From Chiloscyllium plagiosum (Eukaryota), in assembly GCF_004010195.1 (NCBI RefSeq), contig NC_057719.1, forward strand, positions 4,619,464 to 4,680,163: 60,700 bases of DNA. Direction: 5' to 3'. This document shows, in pieces, positions 1 to 12,620 of the stretch (position 1 is the stretch's first letter; every line of letters starts with the position of its first letter). A program made the translations under genes and the position numbers. The notes beneath the pieces are model-generated. The model ran no database searches. It had not been told where the DNA came from and saw only the letters and a program-made list of their open reading frames with translations.

Positions 1-1489
1 TAAGTAGATTATGAGAAAATGCTCGCTCATAATTTAAGATTGAAACATGTTTGTACCAAATATTTAAGTATGGAAAGAGTAATTTAAGCCAGTGCTATTC
101 CTTTAGAGGGTGAGTCTGAAGAATTCATAATGGAAAACAAGGAAATGGCAGAGGAAATGAACAGGTGTTTATGTTTGACATTACTGTAAAACATAGAAAA
201 AACTTTCCAAAAACACTTGAACATTAAGAGGTAAAAGAGAGGGAGGAACTTTAAAAAGTTACCATCACCAGTGAAAAGGTGCTGAGAAAACAATTAAACC
301 TGAAAAATGTGATAAGTAGGATCAGATCATCTACATTCTTGGGGCTTACAAATGCTGCAGAGAAAGTAGAAAAATGTTTATAATTTTCAAAAATTCTACA
401 GGTGTTGAATGAGTCCCAGCAGATTGGAAAGTAACAAATAAACTTTATTTCAGAAAGCAAGGGTAGAGGAAACTTTTGGCCAGTCAGCTTAACATCTGCT
501 ATTGGGAGACTACTCAAGTTTATAATGGGATACTCAGAAAGTCAGGATGTGAACATGCAGAGTTAACATGGCTTTGTGAAATGGCAATCTTTTGAATGTT
601 TTGTTAGCATTGCTTAAGGAAGTGACTAGCACGGTGGGATACGGGGAAGCCTGTGAAAATAATCATCTTGTATTTCCACAATATGTATGATGAGGTATCA
701 CCTCAAAGGCTACTAGCAAAATAAGAGCTTATGATGTAAGGGGTAAAATATAAGCACCGATAAAAGTTTGGGTAGTTAACCAAGAACAGTGGGAAGAGAT
801 AAATTAGTGTTTTTAAAATTGGCAATCCATGCTCGGACTTCAAACAATGTTGATGAGTTGGATGTGAAGAACGAATGTACGATAGCTAAATTTGGCAACG
901 ACGGCAAGAAATATAAGAAAGTAAGTTTGTTAAGAAGTAGAGAGTATGCAAAGGAATATAGGTAGGTCAAGTGAATGGGGAAACAAATTGAAAGATGGAG
1001 TGTAAAGTGCAAAATATAAACTTGTTCACTAAGCAGTACCTTATGTAATTGGAGAGAGATTGCAGAATTTGGCATTACGGGGAGATCTGGATGTCCTGGT
1101 ACATGATTCATAATTACACAATATTAGGTATGCACTGAAAATTATTAGGAAAGCAAACAGAATGATGGAGTTTATTGCAAGGAGAATGGAATATAAAAGT
1201 ACGGAAATCTTACGAAACAGACTTAGTAAGACCAGATCTTAAGTTCTCTACAATTTTGGTCTTATTTGAAAAATGATCAACCTGTATTAGAAATAGTTCA
1301 GAGATCAGTTTACTCAATTCATTCCTAGATTATGGGCTTACCTTATGAGGAAATATTAAACATGTTAACTTCTTGCTTAATTGAGGTTAGAAGCATGAGA
1401 GGTCACCATATTGAAACATATATGGTCCTGAGAGGATTTGACAGGGTGAACTCTGAAAGGATATTTGTCTTTTTCCACAAGAAACTACA

Positions 1490-1879
1490 GTGAGCCATGA
1501 ACACAACTTAGTCCATTTCGCAAACCAGTCTTCCATCCTATGGCCTCATCTATACTACCTGCGGTCTTGGGAAAGCAAACAACATAATCAAAGACCCCTC
1601 TCACCCTGGTTATATTTTCTTCCACTCTCTTCCGTCAGGCAGAAGATATAATAGTTTGAATACATGTACGAATAGATTCAAGAACAGCTTCTTCTCCACT
1701 ATTTTCAGATTTTTGAATGGACCTCTCAAATGTTAATTCTGATCTCTCTCTGCATCTTCTCTGTGGGTGTAACACTGTATTCCGCACTCTGTTCTGCTAT
1801 CCTGATGCCTGTCCAGCCCGCAAAGTAACACTTTTCACTTTATCTCAGTACAAGTAATAACAATAAATCAATCAATCAA
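1490..1879 (+). mobile_element. Rex1/Babar LINE 3' end
   Basis: Encodes KANNIIKDPSHPGYIFFHSLPSGRRYNSLNTCTNRFKNSFF; ends AATAAA(TCAA)3. Confidence 0.75.
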
Positions 1880-1890
1880 GATCTCACTTG

Positions 1891-2213
1891 TAGATTAGAT
1901 TAGATTCACTACAGTGTGGAAACAAGCCCTTCTGCCCAACAAGTCCATACCCATTGAGTAAGCCACCCAGACCCATTCCCCTACATTCACCCCTGACGAA
2001 TGCATCGAACACTACGGGCAATTTAGCAAGGCCAATTCACCTAACCTGCACATCTTTGGACTGTGGGAGGAAACCGGAGCACCCAGAGGAAACCCACACA
2101 GACATGAGGAGAATGCGCAAACTCCACACAGACAGTTGCCCAAGGCGGGAATTGAATCTGGGTCCCTGGCGTTGTGAGGCAGCAGTGCTAACCACTGAGC
2201 CACTGTGCTACCC
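1891..2213 (-). mobile_element. HE1-type tRNA-derived SINE
   Basis: A-box GGCTCAGTGGTTAGC and B-box GATTCAATTCC on minus strand, V-SINE-like core, (TAATC)n tail. Confidence 0.88.
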
Positions 2214-2844
2214 AAACAAAGATGTGGAGAGATAAGTTTACCTCACAGAGGGTCATTAGTCTGGGAAATTCTTTTCTTGATCAAATAGTTGAGCTTGGTT
2301 ACCCAATTTATTTAAGATTGAGTTGTATAGATTTTTGATTATAGATTTTTGATGACAAGAGTTAAGACACATTGAGATGAGCCATAATCTTATTGAATGG
2401 TGTAGATTCAAAGGGCTGAGCTCCTCCTCCCATGTCCTATGTCTTTTATTCAGTCATGAGTCAATCAGAGACAGCCTAGTTCAAAAAAGGGCATGTTGGT
2501 TGCCTCCTTCCTCACTCCTCTTCTCCCTTAGATGCTCACCACATAATTGGTGACTAGAACCATGCCCTACGCTGGAGAAACTGTGCATGATGCAGCATTG
2601 TAAAGAGAGAATTGTGACACATAGCACAAAGAATACTACAGGCTTCTCTTAGCTGGTCAAGGCAGCAAATGTATGATTTAAACAACCCAGTGGTCTGCCC
2701 AGTCACAATTCAGGTGACAACCTCAGCCTTATTACATGTATGCTATCCGACTCTGCTGTGCTTTCAACCAGTTGAAGTCCAAGAAGAGAACAACAATAGC
2801 CTCACTCCTGTAACTTCAGTATGCGGATTTTTGTTTTATTCACT

Positions 2845-3310
2845 CATGAGAAGTGGGCATCACTGGCTGGCCAGCATTTATTGCCCATCTGTAGAGCTTT
2901 CTTCTCGAACCATTGCAGTCCAGGGAGGGAATTCCAGAATTTTGACCCAGTGACACTGAAGGAACGGCAAAATATTTCCAAGTCAGGATAGTGAGTGGGT
3001 GACTTGGAAAGGAACTTGCAGGTGGTGGTGTTCCCATGTATCTTCTGTCTTTGTTCTTTGAGATAGAAGTTGTTGTGCGTTTGGAAGATGCTGTCTGAGG
3101 AGCCTTGGTTACTTTCTGCAGTGCATCTCATAGATAGTACATACTGCTGCTACTGAGCATCAGGGCGGAGTGAGTGGATGGTTGTGGATGAAATACCAAT
3201 CAAGCATGCTGCTTTGTCCTGGATGGTAAGCTTCTCGAGTGTTGTTGCAGCTACACTGATCCAGGCAAGTGGGAGTATTCCACCACACTCCTGACTTATG
3301 CTTTGTGAGA
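2845..3310 (-). mobile_element. CR1/L2-group LINE 3' fragment (related pieces at ~13842-14160, ~16757-16990 and ~57100-57600)
   Basis: Shared terminus GGGCATCACTGGC..GCCAGCATTTATTGCCCA; TIQDKAACLIG motif. Confidence 0.6.
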
Positions 3311-3329
3311 ATGACTTGTGTGAATCGTC

Positions 3330-4090
3330 AAGCCTTGCTGAACACCTTTGCAGAACCATACCTAAGAATTGGTCTCAGCCTCAACCTCAACATCCCAATT
3401 TGTGAGCATTGTCTTCAGATGCCTAAGAATGACAGTCTTTGATGACCATGGCATCCTTGCTGATACCAAGAAGCTTGTGTAAAAGGTAGTCACCTTTCTG
3501 ACTGTTGTATAAGATTCTGAAACTTGAATTACACACAGATGCCATCTCAAGGCCTTTCGATGTACCATCTGTATTAGCTGGGAAGACAGGTGCCCTTGAA
3601 TCAGCCAAAAGTACAAGCATCATGATCATCTGAAACTATCTCCGCTGGGCTGTCTATCTAAGGTACCTGAGATCCAATTGCCAAAGCAAATCTTTGCCCA
3701 GCTCACGGAAGAGCAAAAAGAGGAAAATGGAAACATTTCAAAGACTCCTTGAAAGCTTCTCATAAAAAATTCAAAGTAGACATCAATGCTTGGGAGACCC
3801 TTGTTCAGAAGAAACCAACTTGGACGAATCTCCTGTATGAAGGGACACAATTCCTTGAGAACACCAGTCAGTAAGAAGATGGAAAAGGAACTAGAGAAAT
3901 GAATGTCAGCCACTTCAAGGCCAAGCCCAATTCCACCTCCTGGAAACACCAGCCAAATGTGTGGTCAGAGATGCAGCTCTAGGATTGGGCTTATCAGCCA
4001 CACAAGGTTCCACAGAATTCATGACTCATTATATGGCATTTCTGAGGTGGACAATCAGACTCATTAGTGAGTGACTGCCAGGGATGATAC
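3330..4090 (+). mobile_element. RTE-clade LINE 3' fragment
   Basis: Decayed LPKQIFAQL, KHFKDSLKASHKKFKVDINAWETL and zinc-finger-like CGQRCSSRIGLISHTRFH. Confidence 0.7.
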
Positions 4091-4682
4091 CAACCAGCTA
4101 GACATTGCAGGAATGGAAGTTTTTGTAGTTACAGTATATTGCTGATTTATATGTTGCCTGTAATCTTTCATCAACTTTTCTGATAATATCCACTAACTTT
4201 GCAAAAGCAGTAAAAAGAAATAATCAGCAACTAACCTGAAAGTTACGATGATCCTTGTTAATAAGGATGGGGCTCCTTGCTATTGGTGATCTCATTCAGA
4301 TTTAAGGATTAGCTGGAACACTAAAGTTGAAAATAGCACTGCTGGAGAAAGTAAAGAAGAATGATAGCAGATCCAAGAGGATCTTGGAAATCCTGGAGTT
4401 TTTTCATTTAGAAAAATAACTGAGAGATGACCTGATGGAAATCTTTAAAATTGTTAAGAAGTTTGACAAGGGAGGCAAAGGGTTGTTTGAATTGCTGGGG
4501 AACCCAAAACAAGGGGCCATAAACGTAAGAACGTCACTAATAAAGGATAACAAGAGCTCCTGAAAGTGCACAACCATCTATGAGGGTTACTCTGTTTGTT
4601 TTCATTTAAATATTTATGTTGTAGACTGACCAGCCAGTGGTCAGTTGGCAGCCATCTGATTAACCCTAATTTCCTACTTCAG

Positions 4683-4778
4683 CTGTCCAACAATCCTATA
4701 ACAGTGGATAGTGCCATTCGTCTTTTAGAAGTTGTACGGAAGAATGAAAAATCAAACTTGGAAAAGATCAATATTAAT
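4683..4778 (+). CDS. LRRC74A: LRRC74A internal coding exon (last LRR segment); upstream exons not identified in window
   Basis: cttcag|CTGTCC...ATTAAT|gtaagt; 96 nt, phase 0; encodes LSNNPITVDSAIRLLEVVRKNEKSNLEKININ, resembling the recalled vertebrate LRRC74A segment [29 protein letters not shown]. Confidence 0.88.
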
Positions 4779-5177
4779 GTAAGTCTCACTTTGTTTACAT
4801 GATCTAGGGCAATACTGAATAGATACTAGCTGGCTATCCTGAAGTGTGAAATATGGTTCACATACTGAGGTACTGAATATTTTCCTGTTCCTGCCCATCA
4901 CTTTGGACAAGGCAAATTCAGGAAAATTAGGCAATGAAGGAGCCTGAACAAAGTAGATTAGAGGTTAATTACACTAGTGAAGGAAAATAAGTCATAGGAA
5001 TATATATGGCTATGGATCACAGAAAGTGTTTTAAAACTTTGGTGAAACAGTATGCAACAGTTAATTAATCCATCAGGTCATGGAGAGTGTGATACAAGGG
5101 ATGACGCATTAGTCCTAAGATTGAGCAAATTAGTCTACATCTAATACTAGTACAACTCAAGTACTGAGTCCAGGACG

Positions 5178-5390
5178 TTGGCCAGCTCAGTTGGCTGAAT
5201 GGCAAGTTTACAGTGCATAGTAAAACCCATAACGTGGGTTGAATTCCCAAACTTGATGGGGTTGACATGAAGCTCCCTCCTTCTCAACCTTGCCGGAGAT
5301 ATGCTGCCTCTAAAGTCAAACCAGTGCCAATTCTCTCTCTTCAGTGAGAACAGTTGCAGTGCCTTTTACCTATGGGTACAACTCTGCTCA
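5178..5390 (+). mobile_element. Old tRNA-derived SINE
   Basis: A-box AGCTCAGTTGG and B-box GGTTGAATTCC with plausible spacing. Confidence 0.5.
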
Positions 5391-5544
5391 CAGGCAAGGA
5401 TATCAAGACATTTTAAACATTGTAGAAAAGGGCAACCAATCTGGGTACCTCGCATATTAAGACAATACTGGAAAAGTTCATGCTGGTCCGGCAGTATCAG
5501 TGGAGGAACAGATTTAATACTTCCAAACAATGATGTTTCTATTT

Positions 5545-7160
5545 ATAGAGTCATAGAGCACAGAAACAAACCCTTTGGTCCAACTCATATATGCTGACCA
5601 GATATCCTAAATCAATCTAGTCCCATTTGCCAGCATTTGGCCATATCCCTCTAAACTCTTACTTTTCATATAGTCATCCAGATGCCACCACAACTTCCTC
5701 TAGCAGTTCATTCCATACACGCACCACCCTCTCCGTGGAAAAGGTTGCCCCTTAGGTCCCCTTTAATTCTTTCCCCTCTCACCTTAAATCTGTACCCTCT
5801 AGTTTTGGACTCCCCCACCCTGGACTGAGGAACTTGTGTATTTATCCTATCCATTCCCCTCATGATTTTATAAACCTCTATAAGGTCACCCCTCAACCTC
5901 TGGCGCTCCAAGGAAAATAGCCACAATCTATTCAGCTGCTTTCTATAGATCAAACCCTCCAACCCTGGCAGCATTCATGTAAATCTTTTCTGAACCCTTT
6001 CAGGTTTCACAACATCCTTCCTACAGCAGGGAGACCAGAACTGCATACAACATTCCAATAGTGGCCTAACCAATGTCCTGTACAGACGCAACATCTTCTC
6101 CCAACTCCTATACTCAACGCACTGACCAATAAAGGCAAGCATACCATATGCCTTTTTCACCACCCTGCCTACTTGCAACTCTACTTTCAAGGAACAATCA
6201 ACCTGCACTCCAAGAGCTTTTTGTTCAGCAACACTTCCCAGGACCTTACCATTTAGTGTCTAAGTCCTGCCCTAATTTGCCTTTTCAAAATTTATCTAAA
6301 TTAAACTCCATCTGCCAGTCCTCGGCCCATCTTATCAAGATCCTTTTGTACTCTGAGGTAACCTTAACTGTCCAGTACACCACCAATTTTGGTGTCATCT
6401 GCAAATTTACTAACCATATTTCCTATGTTCACATCCAAATCATTTATATACATGACAAAAAACAGTGTACCCTTGTCGCAGGCCTCCAGTCTGAAAAGCA
6501 ACCCTCAGTCTCCTACCTTCGACCCAGTTCTGTATCCAAATGGCTAGTTCTCCCTGTAATCCATGTGATCTAACCTTGCTAACCAGTCAACCATGAGGAA
6601 CCTTGTCAAATGCCTTGCTGAAGTCCATATAGATCATGTCCATCACTCGGCCCTGATCAATCCTCTTCGTTAATTCTTCAAAAAACACAATCAAGATAGT
6701 GAGTAATGATTTCCCACATACAAAGCCATGTTGACTATCCCTAATCAGTTCTTGCCTTTCTAAATACATGTAAATCCTCTCCCTCAGGATTCCCCCCAAC
6801 AACTTGCCCAGTACCGAAGTTAGGCTCACCAGTTTACATTGCCCTGGCTTTTCCTCGCCACCTTTCTTAAATAGTGGCACCACATTAGCCAACCTTCAGT
6901 CTACCAGCATCTCACCAGTGGCTACTGATGATACAAATATCTCAGCAAGGGACCCAGCAATCACTTCTCTAGAAGTAACAAAAGGGCTACTCCTCCTACT
7001 AGTTCTTATGTTCCCAGAGGTCTAGGGTATATCTGATCAGGCCCTGGGAATTTATCCACCTTTATCTGTTTTAAGACATCCAGTACCTCCTCCTGTGTAA
7101 TATGAACATTTTTCAAGATGTTGCTATTTATTTCCCCATGTTCCTTATGTTCCATGTCCT
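5545..7160 (-). mobile_element. CR1 LINE (5'-truncated)
   Basis: [51 protein letters not shown]-type tail. Confidence 0.92.
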
Positions 7161-7212
7161 AACACCATTTTTTCATACCGAGCTAAACTTATTTGATACA
7201 TGGTGAAAATCA

Positions 7213-8742
7213 ACATAAGACCATAGGACATAAGAATGGAAGTAAGGCCATTCGGCCCATCGGGTCCACTCCGCCATTCAATCATGGCTGATGGGCATTT
7301 CAACTCCACTTACCCGCATTCTCCCCATAGCCCTTAATTCCTTGTGACATCAAGAATTTATCAATCTCTGCCTTGAAGACGTTTAGCGTCCCGGCCTCCA
7401 CTGCACTCTGCGGCAATGAATTCCCCACCACTCTCTGGCTGAAGAAGTGTCTCCGCATTTCTGTTCTGAATTTACCCCATCTAATTCTAAGGCTGTGTCC
7501 ACGGGTCCTAGTCTCCTCGCCTAACGGAAACAATTTCCTAGCATCCACCCTTTCCAAGCCACGTATTATCTTGTAAGTTTCTATTAGATCTCCCCTTAAC
7601 CTTCTAAACTCCAATGAGTACAATCCCAGGATCCTCAGCCGTTCCTCGTATGTTAGACCTACCATTCCAGGGATCATCCATATGAATCTCTGCTGGACAC
7701 GCTCCAGTGCCAGTACGTCCCTCCTGAGGTGTGGGGCCCAAAACTGGACACAGTACTCCAAATACGGCCTAACCAGAGCTTTATAAAGTCTCAGTAGCAC
7801 AACGGTNNNNNNNNNNNNNNNNNNNNNNNNNNNNNNNNNNNNNNNNNNNNNNNNNNNNNNNNNNNNNNNNNNNNNNNNNNNNNNNNNNNNNNNNNNNNNN
7901 NNNNNNNNNNNNNNNNNNNNNNNNNNNNNNNNNNNNNNNNNNNNNNNNNNNNNNNNNNNNNNNNNNNNNNNNNNNNNNNNNNNNNNNNNNNNNNNNNNNN
8001 NNNNNNNNNNNNNNNNNNNNNNNNNNNNNNNNNNNNNNNNNNNNNNNNNNNNNNNNNNNNNNNNNNNNNNNNNNNNNNNNNNNNNNNNNNNNNNNNNNNN
8101 NNNNNNNNNNNNNNNNNNNNNNNNNNNNNNNNNNNNNNNNNNNNNNNNNNNNNNNNNNNNNNNNNNNNNNNNNNNNNNNNNNNNNNNNNNNNNNNNNNNN
8201 NNNNNNNNNNNNNNNNNNNNNNNNNNNNNNNNNNNNNNNNNNNNNNNNNNNNNNNNNNNNNNNNNNNNNNNNNNNNNNNNNNNNNNNNNNNNNNNNNNNN
8301 NNNNNNNNNNNNNNNNNNNNNNNNNNNNNNNNNNNNNNNNNNNNNNNNNNNNNNNNNNNNNNNNNNNNNNNNNNNNNNNNNNNNNNNNNNNNNNNNNNNN
8401 NNNNNNNNNNNNNNNNNNNNNNNNNNNNNNNNNNNNNAGCACTTTCTCTTTTGTAATGGCAACCATACTCAACTCAGCCCCCTGACTCCCTTTAATTGTT
8501 GGGATATTACTCATGTCTTCTACTGTGAAGACTGACGCAAAGTACTTATTAAGTTCTCCAGCTATTTCCTTATCCCCCATCACTCGGCTTCCAGCATCAG
8601 TTTGAAGTGGCCCAATGTCTACTTTTGCCTGTCGTTTGTTTCTTATGTATTGAAAGAAAATTTTACTATCATTTTTAATATTATTGGCTAGCCTACCTTC
8701 ATATTTGATCCTCTCTTCCTTATTTCTCTCTTTGTTATCCTG
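7213..8742 (-). mobile_element. Young CR1 LINE spanning an assembly gap
   Basis: Stop-free ORF2 on both sides of N-run; LNKYFASVFT, RPYLEYCVQFW. Confidence 0.92.
7807..8437. other. Assembly gap
   Basis: Run of N. Confidence 1.
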
Positions 8743-8839
8743 GATAGTAGAAAAATCAGAAAGATAAAAAATACTAACATCAATCTTATCTTGCCAATGA
8801 GTTACGGAAATATTCTGTTGTCTGATTATATTGCTACAG

Positions 8840-8983
8840 AATGTACTGGTAAATGAAAACTTCATGGAGTTATTGAAGAGTATTACTCAAGATCGTCCAC
8901 AGTTTGTGATTGAAACTAAAGGAGTTGGAGGATCCATTGCTGGAAGTCGTAAACATCGACCTGATCCAATGAAAGTGATCCAG
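8840..8983 (+). CDS. LRRC74A: LRRC74A coding exon
   Basis: ctacag|AATGTA...ATCCAG|gtaaga; 144 nt, phase 0; NVLVNENFMELLKSITQDRPQFVIETKGVGGSIAGSRKHRPDPMKVIQ (cf. recalled human NVLVSEQFM...NPMKLIQ). Confidence 0.92.
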
Positions 8984-9168
8984 GTAAGAAGAATCTATGA
9001 ATTTGACCCCTATTGAAGTAGGTCCTATAACATGAAATACTACTTTTAAAACTATCTTGCACGCTATAAACATATTTACATTGATTTACAGAGTTCAACA
9101 TTAAAAACATATACCTCTTCGCTTCGCTAAACCGCAATGTAGTTTCTTTATAAATCTTTTTAATCAAC

Positions 9169-10095
9169 TGTTATGAAGTTGTGTAGAGGACTCGTGAAGT
9201 GGAAGGCAGGAAGCCAGAATATGTTTGTAAAAATAATAAGGGAGGACAGGGCTTGGGCTCCTTTATGAGGTAGAGGGCTTTCCTCAGCTTGGATATTTAA
9301 ACCAGAAAATGTTTGCAAGAAGCTGCAGATGTACACACTTTTCTAAAATTGAAACATATGTATCAATTGCTGTTTGATTGGCAACATAGGTTTATTTTGA
9401 TATTAAGGCAACCAGCTTGAATATTAGCCTAGATACTAAAACCCAATTATATTTAAATCTGATGGTTTTGACAACCTCGAACCAATCTGATTATAAAGAA
9501 ATTAATAGGTCATCAATGGTATAAAAGGCGAGGGCATTTGTAAAATTAAGAGAGAGCCAACTGCCATCTGAGGAAAGCACCTTGCTCTCACTGAAATCTC
9601 CATGCTTTCTAAAAAAGCACCACCTATTCATAAAGGTACACAACACTCATAAACAATACTTCTGACACCAGAATTCAGTAGAAGAAAGGCATTTATGACT
9701 GGAGAGATAGTCGAACATTCTGGAAGACACATCCTGTGTGAACATTGACAGGCAAAGTTTTAATTTATTGTTTTCTTATTATTTGGATAAGTGGGACTTG
9801 TGTTTATTGAAACAGCTTACCAGTAGAATTTAGTTCAGTAAAGGAATAGCTAGTATCTCGGGGGGGGAATTGTTTGGCTTGTTAGTAATTCTGTTAATTT
9901 GTTTACTATTAGAGTTAATTGTTACTTATAAAGTGAGTATCAGTGATTCCTTTCATTTAATCAAATGTTTAACAGATTACGAGGTGAGGCAAGCTTCCAT
10001 GGGTGTTTCCGGTTAAATTATTAGATAGAGACCTCTATTCCCACCATAACAGTTTGGATTAATTATTAGAGGGGTTCAAAATCCCCTTCATAACA
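9169..10095 (+). mobile_element. LTR (~927 bp) followed by degenerate tRNA-Pro primer binding site (~10099-10118)
   Basis: Perfect 10-bp inverted termini TGTTATGAAG...CTTCATAACA; TATAAAA at ~9520; followed by TGGGGGCTTACATCCAGGAT (cf. PBS-Pro TGGGGGCTCGTCCGGGAT). Confidence 0.75.
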
Positions 10096-10489
10096 GATTG
10101 GGGGCTTACATCCAGGATCTGGACACAACCCACTCTGAGTTGCTATGAAATGTGATTGGAGTAGGTGAGGATTTCTAGCCCAGAGGTATGGACATTACCA
10201 TTGCATAATGAGAACCCGTAAGTTTCTGTACATTCTTCTGATTAAATCGAGCAAACAAATAAAATATACTAATTAACATGTCCCAATCTTTATTTTACAC
10301 ATTTTTTAGCATACCATTAAAACCAATAGATTTACTGATACAATCTCCAACAGCCACTGTCTGTATACAATTAAAACACACAATTAATAAACAATTAATG
10401 GTCACAAAAGCTTATGTATCTCATTGTAAGGGCAAGTGTGTTTTTCTCACCTATTGATGAAAACAACAAGTTCTGTATTTACTTTTAGG

Positions 10490-10600
10490 GTTCCAGTATC
10501 CCTACCCCTGAGCCAGAAGGTCCAGGTTCAAGTCCTACCTGTCCCAGACATATCATAATGTGTTTGAATTAATTAAATATAAATATCTAAACAATTACTA
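10490..10600 (+). mobile_element. tRNA-derived SINE head (related copy at ~50722-50820)
   Basis: B-box GGTTCAAGTCC; both copies share flanking sequence TCCCT.CCCC.GA.C.AGA...ACCTG..CCAGA. Confidence 0.5.
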
Positions 10601-11147
10601 GTAGGTAATGCCTTAAAGGAAAGTAATCCAGAGATATTAAGGGATCTTTGTGCTTAACTGGCTGCCTATAGGCAGATGGTCCTTCCACCCAACCATCCTG
10701 CACTCTGGAGCTGGAGATCTTGAAGGGCAACTAGTTCCATGCAGACCAGTCTTAGTTCTAGCCTCCAGCAAGAGTCCAGATTTCCCCCAGTACAGTTTGA
10801 GTACTGGTGCACTAATATAATCTGTGGGACTGGATCCAATCCAAACATCAAAAGGAAGGAATGGAAATTTCAGGATAACCAAAAGTGCTTTCAAAAAGTA
10901 TCCAAGGGAGTTTCGGAGCACATGTTGCTAGACCTCTCTAATACAGCTATCATGGTTGTATTACATCTGACTTTTCAAGGTTTGATAGCGAAGTGGCCAT
11001 GAGAAAATATTACATTAGCCAGCATTACTATCCCACACCCTTAAATAAGAACAGCCAGTGTGTTTGAGAAAGGAGGAAGCAAAAGAACTATGCAAACAAT
11101 AAATACTTTAACACTGTCAATGACTATCGTGCAATTGTTTCAAACAG

Positions 11148-11252
11148 GATTACCTCGATAAGCACAAACTCCGACTGTCTGATTTCTTTCGAAACATGGA
11201 CAAAGCTGGAAATATGAGTGTGCCTATCTCCGACTTCAAGAAAGCTTTACAG
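11148..11252 (+). CDS. LRRC74A: LRRC74A coding exon (first EF-hand-like motif)
   Basis: aaacag|GATTAC...TTACAG|gtttgc; 105 nt, phase 0; DYLDKHKLRLSDFFRNMDKAGNMSVPISDFKKALQ; too short for the ORF track, translated by hand. Confidence 0.9.
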
Positions 11253-11868
11253 GTTTGCAGAGATTGTCACACTAATACACATTTTACATGCCCCATTAAC
11301 AATAATAAAAGAAGATTTGGAAAGTCAGTGACGTGGAATCTTAGGTGTAAGACTTTCTGCCTTCAGTCATAAACTGAGGTTTTGATACAAATTATAATTA
11401 AATTATTACTAAAAGCAGCAAACTTAAAATTTGAGATAGTCTGTTCAGGAATGACATTAGGAACAGCTCTTCAGTACAAAAGTATTTAAAATTCAGAATC
11501 TCTCCCACAAAATGCTGACAAGAATGTGGCAGGGTCAACTGAAAAATCTAAAATGAAGATTTTTGTCAGGTTAATGTATCAAGGATTATAGTACCAAAGC
11601 CGGTAAATGAGGTATGAAATAGTTCAGTCATAATACAAATGAATTATGCAGCAGACTGGAGGGACTGAATGGTTTGCTTCTGCTGTTTGTCGCCACTCCT
11701 GCCAGGAAACCAGCTAACATGGTATGCAACACTCATCTGCCTTGCGCTATCCTCACACATCCACTGTAGTTTGGTTGCAACCAATCATTATCATCGAATA
11801 AGTGAAATCATCCAAATATACCAAAGTTGAACCTTCTTTTTGCTGTGCTTCACTTTGGCCTCTACAAG

Positions 11869-12088
11869 AGAATTGAACTGAATTTATTGTCACATGCACC
11901 GAGGTGCAGTGAAAAGCTTTGTCTTGCGAGCAATACAGGCAGATCATATAATTAAGTAGTACAGATTAATAAATAATAGATAAACAATGGCAAAAACAAA
12001 AACACAGGTACAAGCGAATGTTAACAGTTTGTGAGTCCATTCAATATTCTAACAACGGTAGGGTAGAAAATGTTTCGAAATCGGCTTT
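11869..12088 (-). mobile_element. Rex1/Babar-like LINE 3' end
   Basis: Minus-strand RFRNIFYPTVVRILNG and terminus CTTTTCACTG..CCTCGGT.CATGTGACAATAAA similar to the 1490-1879 copy. Confidence 0.6.
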
Positions 12089-12089
12089 G

Positions 12090-12620
12090 TAGAGATCTCT
12101 GTAGCATTTCAATCTTATCATATGGCCAAAACATTGATATTTTTCTTTCTGGATATTGTTTTTAAGAGTTCTTTTTTTCCTTTGCAATTTCAAGTACCTC
12201 TCTACGTGACTTATAGCTTGTCTATTCTTAGTATAGTCTTATTATCCACATTTCAAAGGTTTTTGCTTTCTTACATAGATCTTCATTTTATTGCCCAGTT
12301 TTTGAGATGTATAAGAAAATGGACAGAATGTAGCATCCTACGAGTATTTTCCCTTGTTACAATCTTAAATTTTCTTCTTGTAAACATTATTTCTGGCAAT
12401 CTCTACCCTTCTTTGAACATCTGGGTCGCATATGCCATCTTCTGTTAGCATTTGTTCTAAATAGACAAACTTATTTACTACTTCCAATTTGATATCATCT
12501 GCTTTAATCTTCACTCCAGTCTCTTCTTGTTTTTGCCTTTTTGGCATTCATACTAAATCCATCTTCCAAATTTCACTTATTCGATGATATTTTCTCAGAA
12601 CTATTCTGAACTTTGAGTAG
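12090..12620 (-). mobile_element. RTE-clade LINE RT C-terminal fragment
   Basis: IKLEVVNKFVYLEQMLTEDGICDPDVQRRVEIARN (cf. FxYLG...DIxxRIxxA). Confidence 0.7.

Larger units (their letters stand above)
1..2450 (+). mobile_element. Old CR1 LINE ORF2/3' fragment interrupted by a Rex1 fragment and a SINE
   Basis: Degenerate CR1 motifs (EMAEEMNRCL, QHGFVK-like, AKFGND, RPDL..QFW, RGHHIETY), many stops; resumes at ~2225. Confidence 0.7.

Noticed and set aside
1954..2235. Recurrent small ORFs (CGRKPEHPEETH..., also at 15847, 25707, 30669, 44248)
   Set aside because: Translations of HE1 SINE copies, not genes.
2500..2840. Candidate upstream LRRC74A exon in non-repeat DNA
   Set aside because: No LxxLxLxxN pattern with convincing splice sites found by eye.
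7300..8865. 521-aa and 223-aa ORFs
   Set aside because: Inflated by the N gap; the real part is CR1 ORF2, and the N-terminus is read-through of intron sequence antisense to an LRRC74A exon.
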